Assembly (NCBI GenBank): GCA_964016885.1
Contig: OZ024748.1
Span: forward strand, 30,504,001-30,568,000
Reading direction: 5' to 3'
From: Eledone cirrhosa
Lineage: Eukaryota
DNA length: 64,000 nt
The notes beneath the pieces are model-generated. The model saw only the letters and a program-made list of their open reading frames with translations, did not search any database and had not been told where the DNA came from. The position numbers and the translations under genes were made by a program. This document shows, piece by piece, positions 11,250-25,153 of this stretch (its first letter is position 1; every line of letters begins with the position of its first letter).

Positions 11250-13340
11250 TTAACATCGCTGCGATCGAATGTGGCTTTTTAGCTCAGCCAATGATCTAAA
11301 ATGTCTTGCACAGAGTCGGCAACCAAAACATTCACTGGGAATAGCCGGCTGTGGTTGGAGTTCATGCACTTTTGCATGTCGTTTGAATCCTCCTGCTGAT
11401 TTACATTCTCTACCAAATGCTTGGCAATCATGATGAGTAGCATCTCCAACAGCAGCCTGGTAGTCAACCACTGGTCTTACTTTATGACCGCGAAGATGAC
11501 TTTCGAGTCCAGCTTTGCTTAGGCAGAGTCTCGCACAGACGCTGCATGTCAGCACCATAGGAGGACCCTCGCCGTTTGGAAGTGCAACAGCAATGCCCTT
11601 CCTCACATCCCGCTTTACTTTCTGGTATGCGATTCGAGATGCCTCAAAGGCAACTTTTCCCTCATATACAGTCTTTCTCCATTTATTACGATCAGCACCA
11701 ATATTTTCCCATGTATCAGCAGAGATGTTAGCGTCTTTCAAAGAGGCTTTCAAGAAATCCTTATACCTCTTTTTTTGGTTTATGTGGCGGTCGTTTTCCT
11801 TTAACTAACTCTCCATAAAAGAGTTGTTTTGGTATTCTAGAATCCTTCATCCTGGCAAGGTGACCACTCCAACGGGGTCGTTGCTTAAGCACAAGAGCTT
11901 CTATACTGTCACACATAGAGCTTTCCAAAATCTCGACATCAGTGATGTCCCTCCAGTGAACGCCATGGATCTGTCTGAGACACATCTGATGGAAACGCTC
12001 CAATTGCTTAAGGTGGTGTCGATATGTGACCCAGATCTCGCAGGCATAAAGAAGAGAAGAGAGCACACATGCCTTGTACACCTTTACCTTTGTCTTCTTG
12101 CATATGTCTCGCCGACCCCAGACTCACCTTTCTAGCTTTCCGAAAGCATCACTTGCTTTCCTAATCCTAAGTGAGATTTCACTATCAAGGTTGTTGTATC
12201 GATTGACAGTGCTTTCCAGGTAGACAAACTGATCAACCACTCCAAGTCGTTTACCATACACATAGATATTTGGTTCACTGTACTGCTTACCAGGGGCAGG
12301 TTGGTACATGACAACGGTTTTCTTGAGACTGACAGTCAATCCTAGGGCAGTGCAAGCGTCAGAAAATGCATTCAAAATGTGCTGCACATCACTCTCTGTG
12401 TGTGCTACAAGATCGCAATCATCTGCATACAAGAGGTCACTTATGATTGATGTAAATACTTTTGTCTTTGCAGCAAAGCGCCTGATGTTAAATATGCTGC
12501 CTGAGGTTCGATATCGGATGTAAACACCATGCTCGCAATTCCTGAATGCAATACAGAAAACCATTGCAAAGTATATGGCAAACAGGGTCGGTGCTGGAAT
12601 ATCCCCCTGTTTCACTCCACTTTTTACTGAGATAGGCTCCGACATTAACCCAAGCCTTCATGTCGTCATGGAAAGACCTAACTAAAGCAAGGAACTTATC
12701 AGGGCAACCAAGTTTCTGGAGAACCTTCCATAATGCATTTCTGTTAACAGTATCGAAAGCTTTTGTCAGATCGACAAAAACCTGATACAGATCCAAACCT
12801 TGTTCCATGCACTTCTCCTGGAGCTGTCTGGCTGAGAAGATCATATCCGTATTGCCGCGTCCAGCACGAAAACCAGATTGATTTTCAGGAAGAACACAAT
12901 CTGCAATGTGTGTCAGCAGACGGTCCAGAAGCACCCTACATAAAACTTTCCCTACGACAGAAAGCAATGATATACCTCTGTAGTTCCCACAATCATTCCT
13001 GTTACCCTTTCCCTTGTACAAGACCACCATTACTGCATCTCTCCAGTCCTCAGGTACGGATTCATTAGCCCATATCTTGCCAAACAAAGAGTGAAGATGT
13101 TGCAGGAGTCTCTCACCACCATATTGTAGGAGCTCAGTATGTATGCCATCCATACCTAGAGACCTTCCACTGTTCAGCTACGAGATAGCCACTGCAACCT
13201 CCACAAGCGTCGGAGGTTCTGCGAGAGCTACTTTCACAGGACTTTCTGGAATGAGATTGAGGAAATCTTCATTGACGACAGACGGCTGATTCAAAAGATC
13301 ATCAAAGTGCTCTCGCCACCTTCGTAGAATTCCTTGATGT
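11250..13340 (-). mobile_element. 5'-truncated RTE (BovB-like) LINE with C-terminal C2H2 zinc fingers
   Basis: NYRGISLLS, QSGFRAGR, FVDLTKAFD, GVKQGD, YADD and RIPKQLFYGEL. The tail has three CxxC...H...H-type motifs. Several frameshifts. Confidence 0.9.
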
Positions 13341-13777
13341 TGTTGTTGTGTTGTGTGCGTGTGTGTGTGTTTTGTTATTTTGAGTTTTTTTGTTTGTTTT
13401 TAATTGTTTTTTTTTTATCGTTTGATGCCGCTGTTGTTATTGTAAATGTTCATTTCAATTCACTCTGAAGGTGTTGTTGCTATAAACATTAGTGCCGGTG
13501 TTGTTGTAGATACTGGGGTTGAAATCTGGTCGTTTGACTGAGTGATGTATATACACACATATACATACATATATATATATACACACACACATTCAACACA
13601 GAGTAGAGAGTTTGACAACAGGTCGGTGATAAATGTAAATGTGGTGGTAGGGAGAGAGTGTAGACGTTATTGTGGTGGCGGGGGCAGTGAGATGTATCTA
13701 GTTCATTTGTCCATTTTCTACTCTTTGCAAAATTTGAATTTTAGCCATGTTATATTGAGATGTAAGTAAATGCAAAA

Positions 13778-13943
13778 TGTAAAATATAAATAAGGATTGC
13801 TCTGGTAAAATATACGAAAATACTTGTGTAACTTCCACAAATTTCTGTCGTGACACTCTCGGGAATGTCACGACAGAAATTTGTGTAAGTTACACAAGTA
13901 TTTTCGTATATTTTACCAGAGCAATCCTTATTTATATTTTACA
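13778..13943. repeat. near-perfect 78-bp inverted repeat (hairpin) with a 10-nt loop
   Basis: Arms 13778-13855 and 13866-13943 with one mismatch seen; loop CTCTCGGGAA. Confidence 0.9.
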
Positions 13944-14046
13944 GTGACCAAAAAATTGTTGTATTTTGATGTTTCATAATACAAAAATTAATTAAAAACA
14001 TACCCCACGAAAAGACAGCATGTATTGTCCTATCTATAAGCTCCCT

Positions 14047-14178
<132 letters not shown>

Positions 14179-14185
14179 CACACAT

Positions 14186-15004
14186 ATATATATATATAAA
14201 TGAAAAGTATAGAAATTGTTGTAGCGAGAAGCTAACAGTATTCCATAACATATATGTGACTATAGCGTCAAAATGGGAAAATAGTTAACATAAGATATGG
14301 GAAAAATAATTCAGACTCAATTCAAAAGGAATCAGGATATAAATTTATCCAACAGATTTAGAGAAATCCAGGGAAAAATCAATAGAGACTTAACTCATGA
14401 TAAAACAAAGTCTAAAGTACTCAACCTTCAATTTGGGACAACTTCAAATGCTCTGTATAGTCTTGAAAAGACTATTTCACGAACACTTTCAGTGGAGATG
14501 GTCACGGTTGGATTCCGTTCGTCAGCAGAGCTCAACATGGTAACGAAGGTCTCACTGGTAATATGCCAAAAAGGGAATTTAAAAACAGGCTAATTTAACA
14601 TCATGCGTGGTTATTAAAATAAACGCACATGTGGAAAGACAGGGCTGGTGACGTCAGAATGAGACAAATGTTTGTTTACATGAAACAACAGTCAAAAACA
14701 TTCCGAAAGAAAACTCTACAAAAGTAGTTCAGCAAAAAGCAATATCATCGCGGTCTTTTTTAAAAAAAAATACCGGGATTAGTCACAAATAATTTAAGCA
14801 CTCTAAGAAATAAATCCGAGTATATATATATAAATGAAAAGTATAGAAATTGTTGTAGCGAGAAGCTAACAGTATTCCATAACATATATGTGACTATAGC
14901 GCCAAAATGGGAAAATAGTTAACATAAGATATGGGAAAAATAATTCAGACTCAATTCAAAAGGGATCAAGATATAGATTTATCCAACAGAATTTAGAGAA
15001 ATCC

Positions 15005-15009
<5 letters not shown>
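14186..15009 (-). mobile_element. non-coding hammerhead-bearing element: ~634-bp unit plus ~185-bp terminal redundancy, in (TA)n
   Basis: Direct repeat ~14186-14373 vs ~14821-15009, with an internal HHR at 14450-14531. Flanked by (TA)n on both sides. Confidence 0.75.
14450..14531 (-). ncRNA. type I hammerhead ribozyme (family C)
   Basis: gctctg CTGACGA acgga...ttcgt GAAA tagtctt-ttc-aagacta TA cagagc. Perfect 6-bp stem I and a long perfect stem III. Confidence 0.85.
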
Positions 15010-15096
<87 letters not shown>

Positions 15097-15184
15097 GTAT
15101 ATATATATATTTAAATTAAAGGTCGATTGACATATATATATCTATTAAAAATAAAATAAAATATATGTCAATCGACCTTTAATT

Positions 15185-15251
<67 letters not shown>

Positions 15252-15323
15252 AGCGGAGCAAGCGGTTATCAAACAATTTTCTAAATAAATTAAAAAACGA
15301 TTTAAATAATCACCTGTTCTATT

Positions 15324-15403
15324 GCTGTTACCGACGGTTTCACCATTCCAAATATTGTAAATCTAGAGAATTTCCAATGGAAAGAAATGGATCTTCAGAC
15401 AGC
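15324..15403 (-). ncRNA. type I hammerhead ribozyme (family D)
   Basis: gctgt CTGAAGA tccatt...aatggt GAAAC cgtcg GTA acagc. Confidence 0.8.
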
Positions 15404-16058
15404 TTATTTCCATACTATAAGGTTGCCAGCCTTACAGAAAGTAAATATTTCGCTTCCTGCCCAACGCATGCGGTCAAGCCGTTAAAATGACACACACACA
15501 AAATCAGGACGCAGATAATAGCTGTTTATTATAAACGTGTTGATACTGCCACTAAAATTAGTAGCATTATTCAACGTTTTGTTCTCTACATAAGGAGAAA
15601 AATTATAAAAGTGGATGAATACTTCAACAGGCACTAAGTACTTGTAGAAATATGCAAGGTGTTTATAATATTTGTGGTTCGATGGTACTAATTTGAGATA
15701 CCAGAACAATATAAAAAGAGCGGAACAAGCGGTTATCAAACAATTTTCTAAATAAATTAAAAAACGATTTAAATAATCACCTGTTCTATTGCTGTTACCG
15801 ACGGTTTTTGATACTGCCATTAAAATTAGTAGCATTATTCAACGTTTTGTTCTCTACATAAGGAGAAAAATTATAAAAGTGGATGAATACTTCAACAGGC
15901 ACTAAGTACTTGTAGAAATATGCAAGGTGTTTATAATATTTGTGGTTCGATGGTACTAATTTGAGATACCAGAACAATATAAAAAGAGCGGAGCAAGCGG
16001 TTATCAAACAATTTTCTAAATAAATTAAAAAATGATTTAAATAATCACCTGTTCTATT

Positions 16059-16138
16059 GCTGTTACCGACGGTTTCACCATTCCAAATATTGTAAATCTA
16101 GAGAATTTCCAATGGAAAGAAATGGATCTTCAGACAGC
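16059..16138 (-). ncRNA. type I hammerhead ribozyme (family D, second copy)
   Basis: Copy of 15324-15403, located 735 bp away. Confidence 0.8.
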
Positions 16139-16259
16139 TTATTTCCATACTAAAAGGTTGCCAGCTTTACAGAAAGTAAATATTTCGCTACCTGCCCAAC
16201 GCATGCAGTCAAGCCGTTAAAATGACACGCACGCAAAATCAGGTCGCAGATAATAGCTG

Positions 16260-16331
<72 letters not shown>

Positions 16332-16507
16332 TAAAGGTCGATTGACATATATTTTATTTTATTTTTAATAGATATATATATGTCAATCGACCTTTAATTT
16401 AATTTTTAATAAATGCTCAGATTTATTCCTTGGAAGTTTTGAGCTTCTACTACTGGTTTATGGCGCATGTTTCTGATCTTCTCAGACATGACATCTTTAA
16501 TCTTGTT

Positions 16508-16666
<159 letters not shown>

Positions 16667-16716
16667 TAAACAAATAATGAACAAACAATTCCTTATATTA
16701 AACAAAAAAAGTTCAC

Positions 16717-16861
16717 TATTTAACGATCGTTTCTAGGGTATATATGTGTTATAATTGGTATGCATATTTAACAGATCTATGTACAAAATTATACAAAATT
16801 ATACAAATTATCAAGATTAAATATACATACCTAACTCATATATACGCCGTCTTCAGAAATA
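16717..16861 (-). ncRNA. hammerhead ribozyme in Naiad pLTR (family E), inverted copy
   Basis: tattt CTGAAGA cggcgtatatatg...catatatacccta GAAAC gatc GTT aaata. Confidence 0.7.
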
Positions 16862-17691
16862 ATGAAGTATATTTATTGATAATAACAACAATTCAAAATA
16901 TCAGTTCAAAATTGACCAATGAAAACACAAAGGGTTAAAAACAGTTTGGTGTGTGTATATACATGTAAAAACCTTACACATATTTTACAATAATGTGTGT
17001 ATAATTTGTATGTGCATACTAAAAAGATGGATGCAAACACAAAATTTCAAGGTTAATATCTCTGTAAGCTTAATGCGCTGATAAGATACGCAATGATACT
17101 TATGGAGTCAAGCATATAAATATATTTTTTTCATACTCACACATATCAGTATAATCACACATACATGTGCGTATATGCATAAATATACACATAACCACGA
17201 ACATACAAACACACACACTCCCCCACTCACATTTATATATGTGGATATAAAATCATAAGCAAATAGAAATTAAGTCACTCACATAAAACACTGGCACACA
17301 CATTTCAAGATCAAGATACAGAAATTAGGTGGGAGGGGGGGGGGGAGGGGTCAGTATTAGATTGTCAGACCAGACTGCCTAATATAAATGTATCTATAAA
17401 TTAAGAAAAATAAAAAAATAAAAACAATAAAATATAATAAATATAATATAATGTACATACACATACAGATATACATACACATACATACATGTACGCGCAC
17501 ATAGAGATATCTACACATACATACATACACACATACCTATACAGTCATACACACACATACATTTACACGAACATACACATACACATATAAAAAGATATAA
17601 ATACACACACACACACGCGCAACACATACACACATACACATATATATAAAAAATAGATAATAAAGATATATATCCATACATATATATATAT

Positions 17692-17746
<55 letters not shown>

Positions 17747-17835
17747 CATACACATACATACTCATACATCTAAATATACATACACATACATACACACATA
17801 CATGTATATACATGTACATACATATACGCACATCG

Positions 17836-17892
<57 letters not shown>

Positions 17893-18238
17893 CACTCACA
17901 TAGACATAAAGATACATACACACACAACTTACATACACACGCATATACATATATATATATATATATAGATGTACCTTCATACATAGAATTAGATATATAA
18001 TCATACATACATATGTACCTACTTATACTCATATAAATAAATACATACGCTTCCATATATGTGTATACACATAAAAAACAATACCACCTCACCAAACCCA
18101 GACATACAAATGAAAATAATAATAAAAAAAACGCATATGTATATACATACACACACGCATTAATAGAGATATATATATACATACACACATACATACACAC
18201 GCATATAAATACATACACACACACATACATACACATAC

Positions 18239-18295
<57 letters not shown>

Positions 18296-18627
18296 TAGAC
18301 TCATATATATATATATACATATACATATATATATATAAACATATATATCCACACACTCATACCACCATAAATACACATACAAACACCCACATGTATATAT
18401 ATATATATATATATATCCACATACACACACGTACACATATATATACATATATATATACATATACATATATATATATACACACACATAAAAAACAGACATG
18501 CACATATATATATATATATATATATTTTTCATTACTCTTATATATACACATAGTATATATACATACACAACCTCACTTATACACATATACACATAAGTTA
18601 TATTACAATAATAATAAAGAATAATAT

Positions 18628-18660
<33 letters not shown>

Positions 18661-18770
18661 CATATATATATATATATACATACATACATACACATACATA
18701 CATACACATAAATATATACATACATAAATACACACATACAAATAAAGACATATATTCACACATAGACACC

Positions 18771-18802
<32 letters not shown>

Positions 18803-18804
18803 TC

Positions 18805-18838
<34 letters not shown>

Positions 18839-19457
18839 CATATATACACATACACACACACACACACACACAGACACACATACACACTCACATATATATA
18901 TATATATATATATGTGTATGTGAGTGTGCGCAAATACACATATATATACACACACACATACAAACACACACAAACACATACATATGCATACGTGCACACA
19001 CACACACATATATCACATAGATACGAAGATAAACATATAAATAGAGAGACATACAAATATATACAGAACCCATATACACATACATACAAACACGCATATA
19101 CATATACATACATATATACACATATATATATTCCTATATACAAGCATACACATACATACACATATATACATATACATACACATATACATATCACACATTC
19201 ACATACACATACATATATAATACATATATATACATATATATACATACATATGTATGTACAATCATATATACACACTCAATCTTACATTCATACTTACATG
19301 CTCATATATGTATTTTTATATTTAGAAATAAATACCAAAACCTATATAGACACCCACCTACACATATATTCATACATATACGCTTACAAAAACAGATGAT
19401 AATAGTATGGGGGAAAGGGGGGGTTTGGAGAAGGGGATCAAAGTAAATATATGTTTC

Positions 19458-20876
19458 AAAGGTGGTTTATATCGTGATGACTGTCTTCTTCTTTCTAACA
19501 ACCTTAGCCTTTCAGAAATCGAAAAAAACAAAAAGCATATTAGAACTTTCCTTAAAGACTATTATAATCTTAATATTACTTTTGAAAAAACAAGTAAAGT
19601 AGTAAATTTCCTAGATATAACTTTAGATTTAGCTACGGGTATATACCAACCTTACCATAAACCTAACCAAAACTTACATTACATACACTCACAATCTAAT
19701 CACCCTAAATCTATCCTTAAAAACCTTGCATATAATATATCACTTAGAATTTCTAACCTTTCTTCTAACCAAGATGTATTTGATAAAAATGCGACCTTTT
19801 ATAATGAAGCTCTAGATAGAAGTGGCCACAAAAATAGATTAGAGTATATACCTTCTACTAAAAATACTGAAAGCATACAGCATAATATTACCAACAAACA
19901 CCAAATGAAAAGTACACACCTAAATGCCACCCACAGTATACCCCAAAATACTAAATCTTCTAATATAAAGTATAGTAACCCTCAAAAAACTAATCATCAT
20001 ACAACTATAATAAATATTAATAATAAAACTCCTAATAAAAAAGATAAAACACCTAAATCTACAAATATAACTAAAAATAGTTGTGGTGAGATCATTAACA
20101 TTAATCCTCCTAGTAAAAATCATGATACAACATATAAAAATAATAAAAATAATAAACAACATAGAAACCGTAATAGACGAGTTACTTGGTATAATGCTCC
20201 TTTTAATTTACAAGTTAAGGATAATATTGGTAAAAAATTTTTTTATATCCTTGAGAAAAACTTCCCGCCAAACCACAAATACCATCAAATCTTAAATAGG
20301 TCTACAGTTAAATTCTCATACTCTACAACAAATAACATAAAACAAAATATAAGTGCATATAATGCATATAAATGTAAGAAAACCATAAGTATACCACCAG
20401 TACATCAAATTAACAATAATATCTCCTCAAATACAGAATTAACGAAAGGATGTAACTGTAGAAACAAAACAAACTGCCCATTAAAAGGGAATTGTCTTGT
20501 TAACAACATAGTCTATAAATGTAATGTTAAAAATAAAGATTCTATTTGCTCATATATAGGAGCTACCTCTAACAATTTTAAGACAAGGTATAATACCCAC
20601 AAACATAGCTTTAAAAATGCCGCACTGGCTAATACAACATCTCTAGCAGAAAAAATCAATAGTTATAAAAATAAAAATATAAAATATGATTTGACCTGGA
20701 GTGTGCTCAAAAGAGCCACCCCTTATCAAAATAATAGAAAGGAATGTAGATTATGTTCCCAAGAACTATTTGAAATAATGAAGTCTAGGGATATCTTATT
20801 AAATAAAAGACAGGAATTAATTATATCGTGTAATCATAAACTAAAAAAAACATTTAAATATTATAAACCTAATTAA
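19458..20876 (+). CDS. Penelope-like (Naiad) RT C-terminal half + GIY-YIG endonuclease, N-terminally truncated, uninterrupted
   Basis: GGLYRDDCL, VNFLDITLDL, SNHP, WYNAPF, CNCRNKTNCPL.G.C, NIVY...YIG, FKTRYNTH, CRLC and LLNKRQEL..CNH. The first ~17 codons of the ORF-track call come from the inverted arm. Confidence 0.9.
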   Translation, partial: KGGLYRDDCLLLSNNLSLSEIEKNKKHIRTFLKDYYNLNITFEKTSKVVNFLDITLDLATGIYQPYHKPNQNLHYIHSQSNHPKSILKNLAYNISLRISNLSSNQDVFDKNATFYNEALDRSGHKNRLEYIPSTKNTESIQHNITNKHQMKSTHLNATHSIPQNTKSSNIKYSNPQKTNHHTTIININNKTPNKKDKTPKSTNITKNSCGEIININPPSKNHDTTYKNNKNNKQHRNRNRRVTWYNAPFNLQVKDNIGKKFFYILEKNFPPNHKYHQILNRSTVKFSYSTTNNIKQNISAYNAYKCKKTISIPPVHQINNNISSNTELTKGCNCRNKTNCPLKGNCLVNNIVYKCNVKNKDSICSYIGATSNNFKTRYNTHKHSFKNAALANTTSLAEKINSYKNKNIKYDLTWSVLKRATPYQNNRKECRLCSQELFEIMKSRDILLNKRQELIISCNHKLKKTFKYYKPN

Positions 20877-21311
20877 TAACATTATTCTAGAATTTAATTT
20901 AATTTAAATGTTAGTTAACCTATAAATTTAATTTAATTAATATTTTATTACAGATGAGAAAATATTATGTAATCATAAATTTTGAAAAACCTTTAAATAT
21001 TACTAATATATACTCAGTAATTTAATTTATAGATTAATTTTAATTTATTTTAACCTTTTTATTATAATTTTTTTTATTATAATTCTTTTACAGATAAAAT
21101 ATAACAAAATAATATCATGTATCCAATGACGGAGAAAGAATTTTTAGTATTATAGACCTAATTAATATACATTTTGGAAATATATTTATTATTTGGTTTT
21201 GGTTTTAATCAACCTAAAACTTTAATTTTAGTTTGCTTAAAATTAGTATCCTTGTACAGACGAATTGCAGAATGTCATGTAATCATAGAATGGGATGTGT
21301 TTTGGATATAT

Positions 21312-22381
21312 ACCTAGTTAATATATTCTGTGCAATTTTTTGGAAAAGATATGTATATCTATATGTATATGTATATGTGTGTGTTGTGTATGTGTATCTG
21401 TATGTATGTTTATGTGAGTATATATGTATATATGTGTATATATATGTATATATATATATATATATGTGTGTATATGTATATATATGTGTATGTGTATGTA
21501 TATGTATATGTATGCGTATTAATTTTGATTTTTATTTGCATATAATTATATTATGCTATTGATGAAATACAATATCTGCTTTATGTATTGTATACCTAAT
21601 TAACATATACTAATTAACGTATACTATTGAAATAAATATATAATTTTTAATTTAGTTAACATATAATTTATATGCTACTACCGATGTAATACTTTATTTT
21701 ATTTTTATTTGGGTTTCTTTTCCCTATTACTAAATTCATCTCCTAATATTGATACCATAACGTTATTAACTTTAATTTAATTATAATGTAATTAATAATC
21801 TACTACTGTTTGACTTCATAATTCTGCTTCAAATATTATAAACCTAACTAGTTAATATATTCTGTGCAATTTTTTGGAAAAGATATGTATATCTATATGT
21901 ATATGTATATGTGTGTGTTGTGTATGTGTATCTGTATGTATGTTTATGTGAGTATATATGTATATATGTGTATATATATGTATATATATATATATATGTG
22001 TGTATATGTATATATATGTGTATGTGTATGTATATGTATATGTATGCGTATTAATTTTGATTTTTATTTGCATATAATTATATTATGCTATTGATGAAAT
22101 ACAATATCTGCTTTATGTATTGTATACCTAATTAACATATACTAATTAACGTATACTATTGAAATAAATATATAATTTTTAATTTAGTTAACATATAATT
22201 TATATGCTACTACCGATGTAATACTTTATTTTATTTTTATTTGGGTTTCTTTTCCCTATTACTAAATTCATCTCCTAATATTGATACCATAACGTTATTA
22301 ACTTTAATTTAATTATAATGTAATTAATAATCTACTACTGTTTGACTTCATAATTCTGCTTCAAATATTATAAACCTAACT
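21312..22381. repeat. ~534-bp tandem duplication inside the Naiad 3' UTR
   Basis: CTAGTTAATATATTCTGTGC...ATAAACCTAACTA occurs twice head-to-tail. Confidence 0.85.
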
Positions 22382-23165
22382 AATTTACACCTTGGAAATC
22401 AATATGTTGACTATCTTTGGTTTAGTTAACATATGATTAATGGTATACTTTTTTATTTTGAGATGCATAGATTTCGTATTTCCTAGCACTGAAAATATGT
22501 AAGAACATACATTGAATTAAGATACGGAAAATATTATATGTTTCTTGAAACATATATTTACTTTGATCCCCTTCTCCAAACCCCCCCTTTCCCCCATACT
22601 ATTATCATCTGTTTTTGTAAGCGTATATGTATGAATATATGTGTAGGTGGGTGTCTATATAGGTTTTGGTATTTATTTCTAAATATAAAAATACATATAT
22701 GAGCATGTAAATATGAATGTAAGATTGAGTGTGTATATATGATTGTACATACATATGTATGTATATATATGTATATATATGTATTATATATGTATGTGTA
22801 TGTGAATGTGTGATATGTATATGTGTATGTATATGTATATATGTGTATGTATGTGTATGCTTGTATATAGGAATATATATATGTGTATATATGTATGTAT
22901 ATGTATATGCGTGTTTGTATGTATGTGTATATGGGTTCTGTATATATTTGTATGTCTCTCTATTTATATGTTTATCTTCGTATCTATGTGATATATGTGT
23001 GTGTGTGTGCACGTATGCATATGTATGTGTTTGTGTGTGTTTGTATGTGTGTGTGTATATATATGTGTATTTGCGCACACTCACATACACATATATATAT
23101 ATATATATATATGTGAGTGTGTATGTGTGTCTGTGTGTGTGTGTGTGTGTGTATGTGTATATATG

Positions 23166-23237
<72 letters not shown>

Positions 23238-23347
23238 GGTGTCTATGTGTGAATATATGTCTTTATTTGTATGTGTGTATTTATGTATGTATATATTTAT
23301 GTGTATGTATGTATGTGTATGTATGTATGTATATATATATATATATG

Positions 23348-23380
<33 letters not shown>

Positions 23381-23714
23381 ATATTATTCTTTATTATTAT
23401 TGTAATATAACTTATGTGTATATGTGTATAAGTGAGGTTGTGTATGTATATATACTATGTGTATATATAAGAGTAATGAAAAATATATATATATATATAT
23501 ATATGTGCATGTCTGTTTTTTATGTGTGTGTATATATATATATGTATATGTATATATATATGTATATATATGTGTACGTGTGTGTATGTGGATATATATA
23601 TATATATATATATATACATGTGGGTGTTTGTATGTGTATTTATGGTGGTATGAGTGTGTGGATATATATGTTTATATATATATATGTATATGTATATATA
23701 TATATATGAGTCTA

Positions 23715-23771
<57 letters not shown>

Positions 23772-24116
23772 GTATGTGTATGTATGTGTGTGTGTATGTA
23801 TTTATATGCGTGTGTATGTATGTGTGTATGTATATATATATCTCTATTAATGCGTGTGTGTATGTATATACATATGCGTTTTTTTTATTATTATTTTCAT
23901 TTGTATGTCTGGGTTTGGTGAGGTGGTATTGTTTTTTATGTGTATACACATATATGGAAGCGTATGTATTTATTTATATGAGTATAAGTAGGTACATATG
24001 TATGTATGATTATATATCTAATTCTATGTATGAAGGTACATCTATATATATATATATATATGTATATGCGTGTGTATGTAAGTTGTGTGTGTATGTATCT
24101 TTATGTCTATGTGAGT

Positions 24117-24180
<64 letters not shown>

Positions 24181-24269
24181 CGATGTGCGTATATGTATGT
24201 ACATGTATATACATGTATGTGTGTATGTATGTGTATGTATATTTAGATGTATGAGTATGTATGTGTATG

Positions 24270-24324
<55 letters not shown>

Positions 24325-25153
24325 ATATATATATATGTATGGATATATATCTTTATTATCTATTTTTTATATATATGTGTATGTGTGTATGTGTTGCGCG
24401 TGTGTGTGTGTGTATTTATATCTTTTTATATGTGTATGTGTATGTTCGTGTAAATGTATGTGTGTGTATGACTGTATAGGTATGTGTGTATGTATGTATG
24501 TGTAGATATCTCTATGTGCGCGTACATGTATGTATGTGTATGTATATCTGTATGTGTATGTACATTATATTATATTTATTATATTTTATTGTTTTTATTT
24601 TTTTATTTTTCTTAATTTATAGATACATTTATATTAGGCAGTCTGGTCTGACAATCTAATACTGACCCCTCCCCCCCCCCTCCCACCTAATTTCTGTATC
24701 TTGATCTTGAAATGAGTGTGCCAGTGTTTTATGTGAGTGACTTAATTTCTATTTGCTTATGATTTTATATCCACATATATAAATGTGAGTGGGGGAGTGT
24801 GTGTGTTTGTATGTTCGTGGTTATGTGTATATTTATGCATATACGCACATGTATGTGTGATTATACTGATATGTGTGAGTATGAAAAAAATATATTTATA
24901 TGCTTGACTCCATAAGTATCATTGCGTATCTTATCAGCGCATTAAGCTTACAGAGATATTAACCTTGAAATTTTGTGTTTGCATCCATCTTTTTAGTATG
25001 CACATACAAATTATACACACATTATTGTAAAATATGTGTAAGGTTTTTACATGTATATACACACACCAAACTGTTTTTAACCCTTTGTGTTTTCATTGGT
25101 CAATTTTGAACTGATATTTTGAATTGTTGTTATTATCAATAAATATACTTCAT

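Larger units (their letters stand above)
15248..16262 (-). mobile_element. tandem hammerhead-bearing non-coding repeat (467-bp unit, internally deleted 268-bp unit, partial third unit)
   Basis: AAAGAGCGGARCAAGCGG starts units at 15248, 15715 and 15983. HHRs at 15324-15403 and 16059-16138. Bounded by (TA)n. Confidence 0.8.
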
